Notes: a model not told the origin generated them from the sequence alone. A DNA stretch of 64,000 nt from an uncultured Acidobacteriota bacterium (GCA_963746905.1 CAVVCY010000003.1:484419-548418); one strand, 5' to 3'; shown: positions 39,416 to 49,593, counted from the stretch's first letter. Numbers and translations are program-made.

Positions 39416-40381
39416 ATGTCCACAGGTGGAGGAACCAGGGCAATCATCGCTGCTTTGCTGGCCAACGCCGGGATCGCCCTTGCCAAGTTCATCGCCTATG
39501 TGGTCACCGGGTCGGCGTCGATGCTGGCCGAATCGATCCACTCGGTGGCCGACACCGCAAACCAGGGACTTCTCCTGCTGGGTGGCCGGCAATCCCGGAG
39601 AGTCGCTGATCAGGAACACCAATTCGGATACGGAAGAGAGCGCTATTTCTGGTCGTTTGTCGTGGCGCTGGTTCTCTTCTCGCTTGGTGGGCTCTACTCG
39701 ATCTACGAGGGGATCTCGAAGATCCTCCACCCCCACGAACTGACATCGATCGGCTGGGCGATCGCCGTTCTGCTCGTAGCCATAGTCCTGGAGGGATTCA
39801 GCTTTCGCACCGCCGTGGGGGAGTCACGAAAGATCAAAGGCGAGCGCAAGTGGGTGGAATTCGTACGCACCTCGCGCTCGCCAGAGTTGCCGGTCGTCCT
39901 CCTCGAAGACGCCGGAGCTCTCTGCGGCCTCTCGCTGGCCATGGTCGGCCTCGGGCTCTATGTCATCACCGGAAACGTGATCTGGGACGCACTAGGGACG
40001 CTGAGCATCGGGGTCCTCCTGGTGGCAATCGCCATCTTCCTCACCATCGAGATGAAGTCGCTGCTGATCGGAGAAGCTGCCCTCGAGATTCACATCAAGG
40101 CGATCAACCAGGCACTGGCGGGCAGCCCACATGTGAGCCGGGTCATCGACCTGCGCACCCAGCACATCGGGCCCGAAGAGCTGCTGGTCGCGGCCAAGGT
40201 CGAATTCACGGAGACTCTGACCAGCCCCGAGGTGGCAGCCGCAATCGACGAGGCCGAGGCTTCGATCCGCAACGCGATCCCCATCGCCAGCCGCATCTAC
40301 ATCGAGCCGGATATATGGAAGGAGGGCCATATCCCCGTCCCCAAAATGCCGCCAGGGGAAGAGGACGGGGCTCATGGCTGA
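39416..40381 (+). CDS. Cation diffusion facilitator (CDF) family metal efflux transporter
   Basis: Six TM helices with HSVADT... and the C-terminal cytoplasmic domain typical of CzcD/ZitB-like CDF proteins. Confidence 0.85.
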   Translation: MSTGGGTRAIIAALLANAGIALAKFIAYVVTGSASMLAESIHSVADTANQGLLLLGGRQSRRVADQEHQFGYGRERYFWSFVVALVLFSLGGLYSIYEGISKILHPHELTSIGWAIAVLLVAIVLEGFSFRTAVGESRKIKGERKWVEFVRTSRSPELPVVLLEDAGALCGLSLAMVGLGLYVITGNVIWDALGTLSIGVLLVAIAIFLTIEMKSLLIGEAALEIHIKAINQALAGSPHVSRVIDLRTQHIGPEELLVAAKVEFTETLTSPEVAAAIDEAEASIRNAIPIASRIYIEPDIWKEGHIPVPKMPPGEEDGAHG

Positions 40382-40408
40382 GGGTTTCGGTCAGCCCGGT
40401 GCGATCCG

Positions 40409-41850
40409 TCAGCCGTCGAGGTTGGTCATGACGTGCTTGATACGGGTGTAGTCGTCAAGTGCGTACATGGATAGGTCCTTGCCGTACCCGGACTGCTTGA
40501 AGCCGCCGTGGGGCATCTCGGCCACGATCGGGATGTGGGTGTTGATCCAAACGCAGCCGTAGTCCAGGGCTTTTGCCATTCTCATCGCTCGCCCGTGATC
40601 CTTGGTCCAGACACTGGAGGCCAGCCCGTATGGAACCCCGTTGGCCCACGAGATGGCTTGCTCTTCGTCGTCGAACTGCTGAACCGTGACCACCGGTCCA
40701 AAGATCTCGTTCTGGCTCATCTCGTCGTCCTGAAGGAGACCGTCCACGACGGTCGGCTCGAAGAAGTACCCATCGCCGGCGACGGCTTTGCCACCGGTCA
40801 GAACCGACGCGTGACCCGGCACTCGCTCCAGGAAACCTGAGACCCGGTCCCGTTGATTCGGGTTGTTGAGGGGTCCGAACGCGGTGTCCTCGTCATAGGG
40901 ATCACCAGTCGCGGTGTCGCGTGCAGCCTCGACCAGCGCTTCGGCGAGGTCCGAGCGGACCCGTCCCGCGGCGAGGACCCTCGTTGAGGCAGTGCAATCC
41001 TGCCCGGCGTTGTAATAGCCGGCACCCGCGATCGCCTCGGCCGCTGCCTCGATGTCGGCATCGTCGAAGACCACGACCGGTGCCTTGCCCCCGAGCTCGA
41101 GATGGACTCGTTTCAAGTCCGAGGCGGCCGCTACCGCGACCTCTTTCCCGGCTCGGACGCTTCCCGTCACCGAAACCATGCTTGGGATCTCGTGCGCCAC
41201 CAGAGCCCTTCCAGTGTCCCGGTCTCCCGTGATCACGTTGAACACGCCAGGTGGGAGGAACTCGGCACACAACTCAGCAAGCGCCACTGCTGTGGCCGGG
41301 GTGGTGTCCGACGGCTTGAGGACGATGGTGTTCCCCGCTGCCAGGGCGGGGGCAATCTTCCACACCGCCATCATCAGCGGGTAGTTCCAGGGCGCTACCT
41401 GGGCGCACACCCCGATCGGCTCTCGCCTGATCATCGAAGTGTGGTTGGCGAGGTACTCACCGGTGGAGAGACCCTGGAGGTGGCGCGCCGCTCCGGCAAA
41501 GAACCGGATCTGGTCGACAGATGGCGGCAGCTCGTCTCCGAGGGCCAAACCGTAGGGCTTTCCTGTGTTCTCGGTCTCGATGCTGGCGAAATCCTCAGCC
41601 CGCGCCTCCAGGGCATCGGCGATCCGGAGCAGGGCCAGGCTCCGCTCCGAGGGCGTGGCGTCTCTCCAGCCAGGGAAGGCATCCAGGGCGGCCTTGCACG
41701 CCGCGTCCACGTCGGCCTCGCGAGAGAGGGGGCGCGTGCGTATTCCTGGCCGGTCGCCGGGTTGATCACCGCCGTGGTCTCTCCGCTCATGGGATCGGTG
41801 AACGCCCCGTTGATGAAGTTCCTGAGAGTCCCGGTTGTCGTAACAGCCAC
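40409..41850 (-). pseudogene. Aldehyde dehydrogenase family protein, N-terminal 47 codons in a different frame (1-nt deletion in a G5/C5 run at 41728-41732); possibly a sequencing artifact
   Basis: ORF 41431..41850 begins [41 protein letters not shown], then goes out of frame. ORF 40409..41710 continues ...(LSREADV)[14 protein letters not shown]... through the catalytic Cys (GQDCTAST) and ELGGKAP. Adding one C restores about 480 aa. Confidence 0.8.
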
Positions 41851-41958
41851 AGCTACCTCCGTGTGAGTGAGAACTAGTGAAACTTACCTGGCCTGATCGA
41901 ACCGGGGCAGTCCGACACGGGTTTGTGGCCCCGACCGCGACCTAGAATCGAACCCTCC

Positions 41959-42032
41959 GCGGGTGTAGTTCAATGGTAGAACACGAGCTTCCCAAGCTCG
42001 GGGCGAGGGTTCGATTCCCTTCACCCGCTCCA
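41959..42032 (+). tRNA. tRNA-Gly (anticodon CCC)
   Basis: gcgggtgtagttcaatggtagaacacgagcttcccaagctcggggcgagggttcgattcccttcacccgctcca; 7-bp acceptor stem, anticodon loop uuCCCaa, T-arm GGTTCGATTCC, encoded CCA. Confidence 0.9.
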
Positions 42033-42100
42033 GCCCCCCTCGGTCGCACTCGCTGCGCTCGCTGGCGACCGGTCCCCCCGCTCCCGCAGGGGGACAACCC
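42033..42100. repeat. REP-like two-hairpin element, copy B1, immediately after the tRNA-Gly CCA end
   Basis: gcccccctcg-[gtcgc actcgctgcgctcgctg gcgac]-cggtcccccc gctcccgc agggggac aaccc (68 bp). Confidence 0.75.
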
Positions 42101-42113
42101 ACCCGCTCTCGTA

Positions 42114-42180
42114 GCCCCCCTCGGTCGCACTCGCTGCGCTCGCTGGCGACCGGTCCCCCCGCTCCCGCAGGGGGACAACC
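42114..42180. repeat. REP-like two-hairpin element, copy B2, a perfect tandem copy of B1
   Basis: A 67-bp copy identical to B1. It is separated by the 13 bp acccgctctcgta, which itself repeats the tRNA 3' end acccgctc. It abuts the stop of the downstream minus-strand gene. Confidence 0.75.
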
Positions 42181-42950
42181 TAAGGGTTGCCTAGAGGTCC
42201 GGTTCCCGCAGTGGCCGGTGCCTGATCCACGGTGATGAGCTCCTCTCGGCCACCTCCACCTGAAACCGCAAGGACCAGAACCGGGCCGACACCCGGGGCG
42301 TAAAGCTTGTACTCGAGGACGTCGGGCTCGAGGGTGATGGTGTCCTTGATGAGAAGGACATCCTGGAACTGGCCATAGGGAACCTCGGCCATCTCCTCGA
42401 CACTGAGAACCTCACCGTTGTCCTCGGCCTCACCGGCGTAGTACTCCTCCCGATATTTCATCCCAGGCTGCGGTTCGCCAGGCATGATGATCCCGGGTAA
42501 AGCGCCATCCACGCCCGCTTCGAACGAACCTTCGGTTGAGACCATTTCACCGTTTTCGAATTCTGCGGTGTCCTCGCCGAGATACCAAATGTTCCCGTCC
42601 GAGTCCTGGGCGTACCAGTCGAAGGTGTCCTCGATGATCTCGCCATCCTGAGACACCGTGTCCCGCACCACACGGGCGACGATGCCGTTGGCGATCTCCT
42701 TGGTCTCGGTCGTAACCACGACGACCACGTCCGAGACGTTGCCCTCGGCGTTGGTCTCGCGATAGGTCCACCGGGTCCCCGGGGCCATCGGCCAGTAGGT
42801 GTTGTCGATCTCGGTGGTGAAGTCGGCGGGGTCGAGCTCTACGGGTTGGTCTCCCTGCGGGAGGCCGCCGGAGTCCGAAGGTCCGCAGGCGGTGAGCACC
42901 ATCGCCGCGGCCACTGCTCCTGTCCAAATGGCTATCCGGTTGGCTCCCAT
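42180..42950 (-). CDS. Hypothetical lipoprotein
   Basis: MGANRIAIWTGAVAAAMVLTAC|GPSD lipobox from the internal Met at 42950; 256 aa; no recognised domain. Confidence 0.6.
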   Translation of the reverse strand: MGANRIAIWTGAVAAAMVLTACGPSDSGGLPQGDQPVELDPADFTTEIDNTYWPMAPGTRWTYRETNAEGNVSDVVVVVTTETKEIANGIVARVVRDTVSQDGEIIEDTFDWYAQDSDGNIWYLGEDTAEFENGEMVSTEGSFEAGVDGALPGIIMPGEPQPGMKYREEYYAGEAEDNGEVLSVEEMAEVPYGQFQDVLLIKDTITLEPDVLEYKLYAPGVGPVLVLAVSGGGGREELITVDQAPATAGTGPLGNP

Positions 42951-43066
42951 GATCAATGGCTCCTTTGTCACTCCAACAGTGTGCCCGATGGTTCCTGACC
43001 CCCGGCTGAACGGCTTCGACGACGAGCATGCCGCCTACGATCAGGGTTGCAGCCCCAGGAGCTCCA

Positions 43067-43645
43067 ATGATCTTCTCTGACAGATCCATCCTTGAGGCAA
43101 TCGATGCCGGAGTGATCCAGATCGATCCATTCGAGCCGTCCTTCGTCCAGCCCTCCTCCGTCGATCTCCGGGTGGGCAATGGGTTCCGGGTCTTCGTCAA
43201 CCACCGCTACAGCCAGATCGACCCCCGCTCGCCACAGGCAGACCTGACCCAGTTGGTGGAGGTCGAGGCCGACGAGCCATTCATGCTCCACCCCGGTGAA
43301 TTCGTGCTCGGTTCGACTCTGGAGCGGATCAAGCTCGGCGACGACGTCGTCGCCCGCCTCGAGGGGAAATCATCCCTCGGCAGGCTCGGTTTGCTGATCC
43401 ATTCAACGGCTGGGTTCATCGACCCCGGGTTCGAAGGTCACATCACGCTTGAGCTTTCCAACGTTGCCACCCTCCCTATCGCCATTTATCCGGAGATGAA
43501 GATCGGACAGGTCAGCTTCTACCGGATGACGACCGCTGCCGACCACCCGTACGGCTCGCCAGAGCTCGGATCGAAGTACCAGGGCCAGAGCGGGCCGACT
43601 GCGAGCCGTTCCCATCAGGATTTCAGCCCCCCGGACACGAACTAG
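43067..43645 (+). CDS. dcd: dCTP deaminase
   Basis: From the ATG at 43067: [24 protein letters not shown]...SSVDLRVG...; dUTPase-like fold. The C-terminal ...[13 protein letters not shown] is typical of actinobacterial bifunctional Dcd. Confidence 0.9.
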   Translation: MIFSDRSILEAIDAGVIQIDPFEPSFVQPSSVDLRVGNGFRVFVNHRYSQIDPRSPQADLTQLVEVEADEPFMLHPGEFVLGSTLERIKLGDDVVARLEGKSSLGRLGLLIHSTAGFIDPGFEGHITLELSNVATLPIAIYPEMKIGQVSFYRMTTAADHPYGSPELGSKYQGQSGPTASRSHQDFSPPDTN

Positions 43646-43796
43646 TGCATTTGCGTATAGTTCGAATTGAGCCTCAATCTGCTCGACCCTGAGGGTGCGA
43701 AGAGTCACAGACTGGGTTGAGGCGCCACGCCCTAATTTGAGTCCCCCTCAGGAAGCTTCCCCGGCTTCACAGGGCAAGTGGCAACCCCTCCAAAAT

Positions 43797-43819
43797 GCGG
43801 CGACCCCTTGGGTCGCCGC
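43797..43819 (-). terminator. Terminator hairpin (10-bp perfect stem) for the minus-strand lipoprotein gene
   Basis: gcggcgaccc-ctt-gggtcgccgc. On the minus transcript it is followed by CAUUUUGG, 3 nt after the stop codon. Confidence 0.7.
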
Positions 43820-43821
43820 GC

Positions 43822-45663
43822 TCATTCCTTGGGGGTTACGGTCACCACCGCCTGAACTCCACCACCGGGAGCTGAGATCGTCTGCGTGGTCGGCTCGCCG
43901 ATTCGGATCTCGCTCCGGCCCGCGCTGGCGACAATGTTGCCCACCGCGGCGCCAACCGGAACCGGTATCGGATCCATTCCGGGGCAGGTCTCAGTAACCG
44001 TGCCGCTGAGCGACTCGACCGGGATCACGACCCGAATCATCTCCGAATCGGTCTCATTGAGACGCCCTTCCACCGACAACGAAACCGGGGAGTCGGCGGT
44101 AGCGGTGCACTCGCCGGTGAGCACCGACCCACCGACGACGGTCCCCGTACCCGACCCGCGATATACACCGTCGTCCCCTCGGGTGAGTGGGAGATCCGAA
44201 ACCACGAAGTGGACGTTGATCTCACCGTCGCCCAGGTCCAGGACGTAAGTCCCGTCGAGGTCGAACAGAAGGTCCTGGGGTTTGACTTCGAATTCAAGAG
44301 TCTTGCGGCCGATCCCACGTTTCGACTTCTGTTCCAACTTGATGGTCCCCTTATCACCATCCTCCGATCCTGCAGTGAATGTGTAGGACGCCGGCGGGTC
44401 CACCGGGGTGCCCGACTCGGGGGTGATCGACTCCTTGCCAGTGAAGGTGGCAATGATCGGACGCTCGATCTCGCCACCGTCGAAACGCTGCTTGGCGCTG
44501 ACGTCGAACTCGACCTCCTCGGAGGGATCGACCTCGCGTGATTCTTCCGAGGTGACCAGGTCGACACATTTGCCGGACCGCCAGAACTTCTCGGCGGCCT
44601 GAGAGGCGAGGCTGATCGCCATATAGGGCATGAGGGTCGACCCCCTCACGCTATTCACCTGTGCGGGAGTGGCGTTGTCTGAGGTCTCGCTGGCAGTGCC
44701 TGAAGGTGGTCCCAAGATCGCCACCGGGACCACGGCCGAGACATTCCACGGATCGCCTCCCCCGGTTCGGCCCTGGGCATCGACGTTGGCCGTGAATCTG
44801 GCTCCCACCAGCACCGCGTTGTCATCGGCGGTCAAGGTGAACGGAGCGTCGATCCTCCGCGTGCTGGTCACCGAAGGCGCACCGACCTGGGTGTAGCCCT
44901 GGGCCACATCGAGCACGTAATGACCTTCGGCTGAACCGTCCGGCTCCGGGCAGGCCAGCACGTCAAAACTTCCTTCGGCGGCCCCGACCATCGTGCCCAC
45001 GGTCGCCCCATCGGCACTGCTCACCGTGGTAGTTGAGAGTATCGAGACCTCGCCGTGCATTTGGCCCTCTCCGGTCCGCAATCCGAGTCGGGTCGTGATC
45101 CGGACCGACTCTCTGAGGTCTCCCTGTTGCGCCGGGTTGTAGGTCTCGGTCCTCTCGGTGCGGCTCAGCGGCTGTTCGACATCGGCTCTCTCTACAAAAC
45201 TTGACATCATCCCCATCATCATCGAAGCGGTGAATGTGGCGTCCCCCACCGAGCTCCCCGACCAATCGGCGGTGGGCAGGGCGTCACCAAGGCTGACCGA
45301 CAAACCACTTCCAGCAGTGAGATCCACCCCCAGCTCCTCGGCGAAGGCGAGAACCGTCGTTTCGCCGAACTCGGTCTCGGCCGCGTGCCGCCCGTCGACC
45401 AGCGCTGGGCCATCCTCGCCGAATGCCTCTGCGAGCCCCAGGTCCTCTTGCATCCCCCAGGTCATCGCCAGCTCCGCCTCGGCGGTCGCCAGCACGGTCG
45501 CGTCCCCCGGTGGGGGCAGGGTGATATCGGCAGAGGGGCCGGTGCTGGAACCCGTGTCGGCCTGGCTAGTCGTCGAGGTCGAGCTCCCTCCCTTCGAACC
45601 GGAGCAAGCGGCGACCAGCACCAGTGCGAGCACCATCGAAACCGAACACAGCCGACGCATCAA
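43822..45663 (-). CDS. Large secreted hypothetical lipoprotein (613 aa)
   Basis: MMRRLCSVSMVLALVLVAAC|SGS lipobox; Ser/Thr-rich linker; no recognised catalytic motifs. Confidence 0.6.
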   Translation of the reverse strand: MMRRLCSVSMVLALVLVAACSGSKGGSSTSTTSQADTGSSTGPSADITLPPPGDATVLATAEAELAMTWGMQEDLGLAEAFGEDGPALVDGRHAAETEFGETTVLAFAEELGVDLTAGSGLSVSLGDALPTADWSGSSVGDATFTASMMMGMMSSFVERADVEQPLSRTERTETYNPAQQGDLRESVRITTRLGLRTGEGQMHGEVSILSTTTVSSADGATVGTMVGAAEGSFDVLACPEPDGSAEGHYVLDVAQGYTQVGAPSVTSTRRIDAPFTLTADDNAVLVGARFTANVDAQGRTGGGDPWNVSAVVPVAILGPPSGTASETSDNATPAQVNSVRGSTLMPYMAISLASQAAEKFWRSGKCVDLVTSEESREVDPSEEVEFDVSAKQRFDGGEIERPIIATFTGKESITPESGTPVDPPASYTFTAGSEDGDKGTIKLEQKSKRGIGRKTLEFEVKPQDLLFDLDGTYVLDLGDGEINVHFVVSDLPLTRGDDGVYRGSGTGTVVGGSVLTGECTATADSPVSLSVEGRLNETDSEMIRVVIPVESLSGTVTETCPGMDPIPVPVGAAVGNIVASAGRSEIRIGEPTTQTISAPGGGVQAVVTVTPKE

Positions 45664-45897
45664 CTCCCCCGAAAGTCCCTGTTGAGGCTACCGATCAGTG
45701 ACGTTCGTTGCGCCGCTTGTAGTTGCCGGTCGCCCGCGCCATCACCTGCTGGGGATCCCAGATGTAGACCCGCTTCAGGAACTTCTCAGCGGCCTTTCCC
45801 CGCAGGATGGTGACCACCTCGCCGTGCCGGCTGATCGCCACCTCCCCGGCCTTCCAGATCTGATAGGAGAAGCCAAGATCAGGGCCGGGCTCCCGTC

Positions 45898-47250
45898 TCA
45901 GCTCACATCCCGCCCGAGATTGGCAAACCTGGTGAACTCGGGTTGGAAGGTCATCTCAACTGTTCCGGTCGCGCCGGAACGGTGCTTCTCGATGATCAGC
46001 TCGGCAATCCCCTTCTTCTCCTGATCCTCGGGGTGGTAGTACTCGTGGCGGTAGACGAACATCACCACGTCGGAGTCCTGTTCGATGGCGCCCGACTCAC
46101 GGAGGTCGGAGAGACGGGGGCGGCGGTTCTCTCGTGTCTCGACGGATCGGTTGAGCTGGGACACGGCAATGATCGGCACCGCCAACTCTTTGGCGAGGTT
46201 CTTCAGATTCCTGGTGATCTCCGAGATCTCCTGTTGGCGGTTCTCCCGCGTCGAGGCCTGCAGAAGTTGGAGGTAGTCGACGATCACCAACGACAACCCA
46301 CGCTTGCGCTTGAGACGCCGACACTTGGCCCGGATGTCGGTGACCGTGACCATCGACGAGTCGTCGATGAAGATCGGCGCCTTGTACATCTTCCCTGCCG
46401 CATCCACCACTCTCTGCCAAAGCGGTCCGAGTTGACCGTTGCGCAGCTTCTTTGAATCCACCTGGCCCACTGAGGAGAGGATCCGCTGCACGATTTCCTC
46501 CTTGGACATCTCGAGGGAGAAGATGGCGACCGGCTCGCCCTTGGCGGCGACATTGGTCGCGATGTTCAGGGCGATAGCCGACTTGCCCATGCCCGGCCGT
46601 CCGGCGATGACGACCAGATTGGCGGGCTGGATCCCTGCGAGTTTGGAGTCGAGGTCGACGAACCCGGTGGCGAGCCCGTTGATCTCGGATCCGAGTTGCT
46701 CGAGGGCTTCGATGTGCTCGAGGACGTCGCTGAACAGGGGGCCGACCTCGAGCAAGGTCTGCGAGCTCCGTCGCTCGGCGACACCGAGCACCGTTTGCTC
46801 GGCGCGGTCGAGGACGATGGCGATCTCCTCGTCGATGTTGAAGGCGACCTCGGTGACCGTCGCTCCCGCCCGAATCAGCTCCCTTCGCTTGCCGTGCTCC
46901 TCCACGATCCCGGCGTAGTAGACGATGTTGGAGGTGGAAGGGACGATGTCAACGAGACGGGTCAGATAGTTGACCCCACCCACCTTCTCGAGCTCTCCCC
47001 TGCGACGAAGCTCCTCTGAGACCGTCACCGCGTCGATCGCCTGGTTGCCGTCGAACAATTGGCGCATCGACTCGAAGATCGCTTGATGGGCCGGGACGTA
47101 GAAATCCTCGGGATGGAGCCGGTCCATCACCTCGTTGACGGCATCGACTGAGAGGAGCACTGCTCCGATGACCGACTCCTCCGCCTCACGTGAGTGGGGC
47201 GGGCTCCGGTAGCCGGGACGCATCTCGGTCTGTTCGGTCAGGCTGCTCAT
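45898..47250 (-). CDS. dnaB: Replicative DNA helicase DnaB (no intein)
   Basis: N-terminal primase-interaction domain (PHSREAEESVIGAVLL), Walker A GRPGMGKSA, Walker B/arginine finger, C-terminal ...ELIIEKHRSGATGTV. Confidence 0.95.
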   Translation of the reverse strand: MSSLTEQTEMRPGYRSPPHSREAEESVIGAVLLSVDAVNEVMDRLHPEDFYVPAHQAIFESMRQLFDGNQAIDAVTVSEELRRRGELEKVGGVNYLTRLVDIVPSTSNIVYYAGIVEEHGKRRELIRAGATVTEVAFNIDEEIAIVLDRAEQTVLGVAERRSSQTLLEVGPLFSDVLEHIEALEQLGSEINGLATGFVDLDSKLAGIQPANLVVIAGRPGMGKSAIALNIATNVAAKGEPVAIFSLEMSKEEIVQRILSSVGQVDSKKLRNGQLGPLWQRVVDAAGKMYKAPIFIDDSSMVTVTDIRAKCRRLKRKRGLSLVIVDYLQLLQASTRENRQQEISEITRNLKNLAKELAVPIIAVSQLNRSVETRENRRPRLSDLRESGAIEQDSDVVMFVYRHEYYHPEDQEKKGIAELIIEKHRSGATGTVEMTFQPEFTRFANLGRDVS

Positions 47251-47519
47251 CTACTCTCTTCTACCAACGCCGTGTGACAGTTTTCGCGAACCGACGCGTC
47301 AAACCCTGACGGGTTGGGGGAAGATCGGCCAGCTTCTGGGGAAGCGATCGGAACATAGACCACCGGCAGCCGGCAATCCAAAACTCCGCGAAAGACTGCC
47401 AAAAGACGCGAAATCGGAGTCTGATGCCCGCGAAAACCGACGCTAGATGCGGAGGCCTTTCACCTAATTGGGCTCCCCAGGGGTCATAAGCGGACCTGTG
47501 GCTCCCAATTTGGAGAGGG

Positions 47520-47969
47520 TTAGGTGGCCGGGATGACGTCGAGGAGGAGCGGGAACTCGACTTCGGGGTGAAGCTTGATCTCGATCTCGTGGAGCCCGAT
47601 TGCCTTGATCGGGGTGCCGATCACGACCGAGTCACGCTCCAACTCCAGACCGGTGAACCGCTTGATCCCCTCGACCACATCGTTGACCGAGATCGAGCCG
47701 TAGAGCCGTCCCTCGTCGCCCGCTTGAGCGGCGAGAACAACCCGGGTGCCCACCAGTTGGGTGGCGACGTTCTCCGCCGCCTCCCGGGCCCTCTGCTCGC
47801 TCTCGATGCGCGCCTCGCGGGTGGCTTCGGCCTGAGCCAGGGAGCCATCACTCGCCTTAACCGCCTTCTTCCTCGGCAACAGGAAGTTTCTGGCATAGCC
47901 CTCGGCGACCTCGACCACGTCTCCCCGTTTCCCGAGCTCGTTTACATCCGAGATGAGGATGAGCTTCAT
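47520..47969 (-). CDS. rplI: 50S ribosomal protein L9
   Basis: [32 protein letters not shown]... canonical bL9. Confidence 0.95.
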   Translation of the reverse strand: MKLILISDVNELGKRGDVVEVAEGYARNFLLPRKKAVKASDGSLAQAEATREARIESEQRAREAAENVATQLVGTRVVLAAQAGDEGRLYGSISVNDVVEGIKRFTGLELERDSVVIGTPIKAIGLHEIEIKLHPEVEFPLLLDVIPAT

Positions 47970-48238
47970 CGGGTGCTCAGATAGGGCAGCAGGGCCATCT
48001 CGCGGGCGCTCTTGATGGCAACGGCGATCTCACGCTGATGGCGAGGGCAGTTCCCATTGACCCGCCGACCCCGGATCTTGCCGCGGTCGGAGATGTACTT
48101 GCGCAGGACGGAGACGTCCTTCCAGTCGATGTAGTCGACTCTCGCCTTACAGAACGCACAGGGTTTGGGACGACCCCGGCGCACTTCCATGCCGCGACGT
48201 CGCTTCGGCCGCGGGTTATTGGTGGATTTGCGTGCCAT
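47966..48238 (-). CDS. rpsR: 30S ribosomal protein S18
   Basis: ...[30 protein letters not shown]... canonical bS18. Confidence 0.95.
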   Translation of the reverse strand: MARKSTNNPRPKRRRGMEVRRGRPKPCAFCKARVDYIDWKDVSVLRKYISDRGKIRGRRVNGNCPRHQREIAVAIKSAREMALLPYLSTR

Positions 48239-48258
48239 CTAGTTTGAAACTCCTGAAA

Positions 48259-48708
48259 TCAGAACGGGGCCTCGTCGGGCCCATAGCTGTCACGTGCGAC
48301 CGGAGCCGAAGGAACGTCTCCCCCTTGGGCCGGGGCGAAGTCGCCGCCGCCGGATCGCGCAGTCTTGTTCACGGTGGCCGTTGCCCAACGCAGAGAAGGG
48401 CCGATCTCGTCGATTTGGATTTCGACGACTGACCGCTTGTCCCCCTGGTCGGTCTCCCAGGTCCGCTGCTCGAGCCGTCCGGTGACGATCACCCGTGCGC
48501 CCTTCTGCAATGACTCCGCGGCGGATTCCGCCTGCTCTCTCCACACGGTGCCGGTGAAGAAGCTGGTGTCTTCCTGCCACTCGCCATCGTTGCCCCGCCA
48601 GCGGCGGTTGACCGCCATGCGGATCTTGGCCATGGCCACCCCCGACGGGGTGAAGCGCAGCTCGGGGTCATCGACGAGGTTGCCGATGAGTGTGACGTTG
48701 TTCGACAT
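48259..48708 (-). CDS. ssb: Single-stranded DNA-binding protein
   Basis: OB-fold N-terminus MSNNVTLIGNLVDDPELRFTPSGVAMAKI..., Gly-rich linker, acidic C-terminal tip DEAPF. Confidence 0.95.
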   Translation of the reverse strand: MSNNVTLIGNLVDDPELRFTPSGVAMAKIRMAVNRRWRGNDGEWQEDTSFFTGTVWREQAESAAESLQKGARVIVTGRLEQRTWETDQGDKRSVVEIQIDEIGPSLRWATATVNKTARSGGGDFAPAQGGDVPSAPVARDSYGPDEAPF

Positions 48709-48768
48709 TCAGATCTCCTCTTCTCACGCCCACCGACGATCATGCCGCGCCGGTGTGACGTATTCCAG

Positions 48769-49056
48769 TCAGGCGCCCAGCCGCACGATCTTGTGTCGGA
48801 CAACCTCGTCGGCGAGGGACAGCATCCGATCTAGTGAATCGACGGCTCCCGCCTCAGCCTCGAAGTTCACCACCGAGTAGTAACCCTCGGAGAGATGCTC
48901 GATCTCGTAGGCGAAGCGACGCTTCCCCCAGAGATCCTTGCCTTTGACACTCGCTCCATGCTCGGAGAGGTACGACTCGAGTTCGCCGATCTTGGCGTCG
49001 ATGTCGTCCTCTGCGAGATCAGGACGATGAATCGTCATTAGTTCATAGTCGCGCAT
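48769..49056 (-). CDS. rpsF: 30S ribosomal protein S6
   Basis: From the ATG at 49056 with an AGGAGG RBS: MRDYELMTIHRPDLAEDDIDAKIGELESYL...; 95 aa. The track ORF has a spurious upstream extension. Confidence 0.9.
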   Translation of the reverse strand: MRDYELMTIHRPDLAEDDIDAKIGELESYLSEHGASVKGKDLWGKRRFAYEIEHLSEGYYSVVNFEAEAGAVDSLDRMLSLADEVVRHKIVRLGA

Positions 49057-49168
49057 TCGACCTCCTGTGGACATCCGTATGGAAGGCCCCATCCATTTGA
49101 TGGAGCAGGGGTTGCACGCATCCGAACGGCGCGAGACGTCGGTGCGGTCGCTCGAAGTGTATCCGCAG

Positions 49169-49590
49169 TCAGCCGCTTTCCCCATTCGGGGCGCCACTGA
49201 TCTGTGCACCGTCCTCGAACTCGTAGACCCCGGCCACCGTCTCCAGGACCCAAGACACATCGGCGGGAGATGGGTAGAGCGGGCACGGCTCGGCGGGACA
49301 GGGGGCCATCTCGGTGCCTCCGACGAGGGACCCGCTGGGGTCGAAGAACCAGATGTCGAGTGCGATTGGCACGTCCAGCATCCAATACCGCACAGGAGCC
49401 GGGACCTCGTAGACGAAGAGCATCCCGTCGGCTCCACCGGGGATCTCCTCGACCCCGGTCAGACCGACCTGGCGCTCCTCAGGAGTATCGGCGACGAGGA
49501 CATCGAGGGGTGCCTCGCCAACCTGGATCGACGTGGTCTCGACTCCCGGCTGCCAAGCACAGCCAACGACCAGGACCAGCAGAAAGAAGA
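49169..49590 (-). CDS. DUF192 (COG1430) family secreted protein; start codon unresolved
   Basis: ...RLAIFFLLVLVVGC|AWQPG signal/lipobox, then the DUF192 core (MLFVYEVPAPVRYWMLDVPIALDIWFFDPSG...). No ATG/GTG/TTG is in frame upstream of the signal peptide before it enters panB. Confidence 0.5.
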
Positions 49591-49593
49591 TGG

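Noticed and set aside
42033-42180. Possible CRISPR array (two identical 67-68-bp repeats)
   Set aside because: There are only two copies, a 13-bp spacer derived from the tRNA 3' end, no cas genes, and a related copy elsewhere between unrelated genes. It is a REP-like element, not CRISPR.
41959-45663. Genomic island integrated at tRNA-Gly
   Set aside because: There is no integrase, transposase or phage gene. Downstream genes (lipoprotein, dcd) are ordinary chromosomal genes with matching GC. Only a small att-like duplicate remains.
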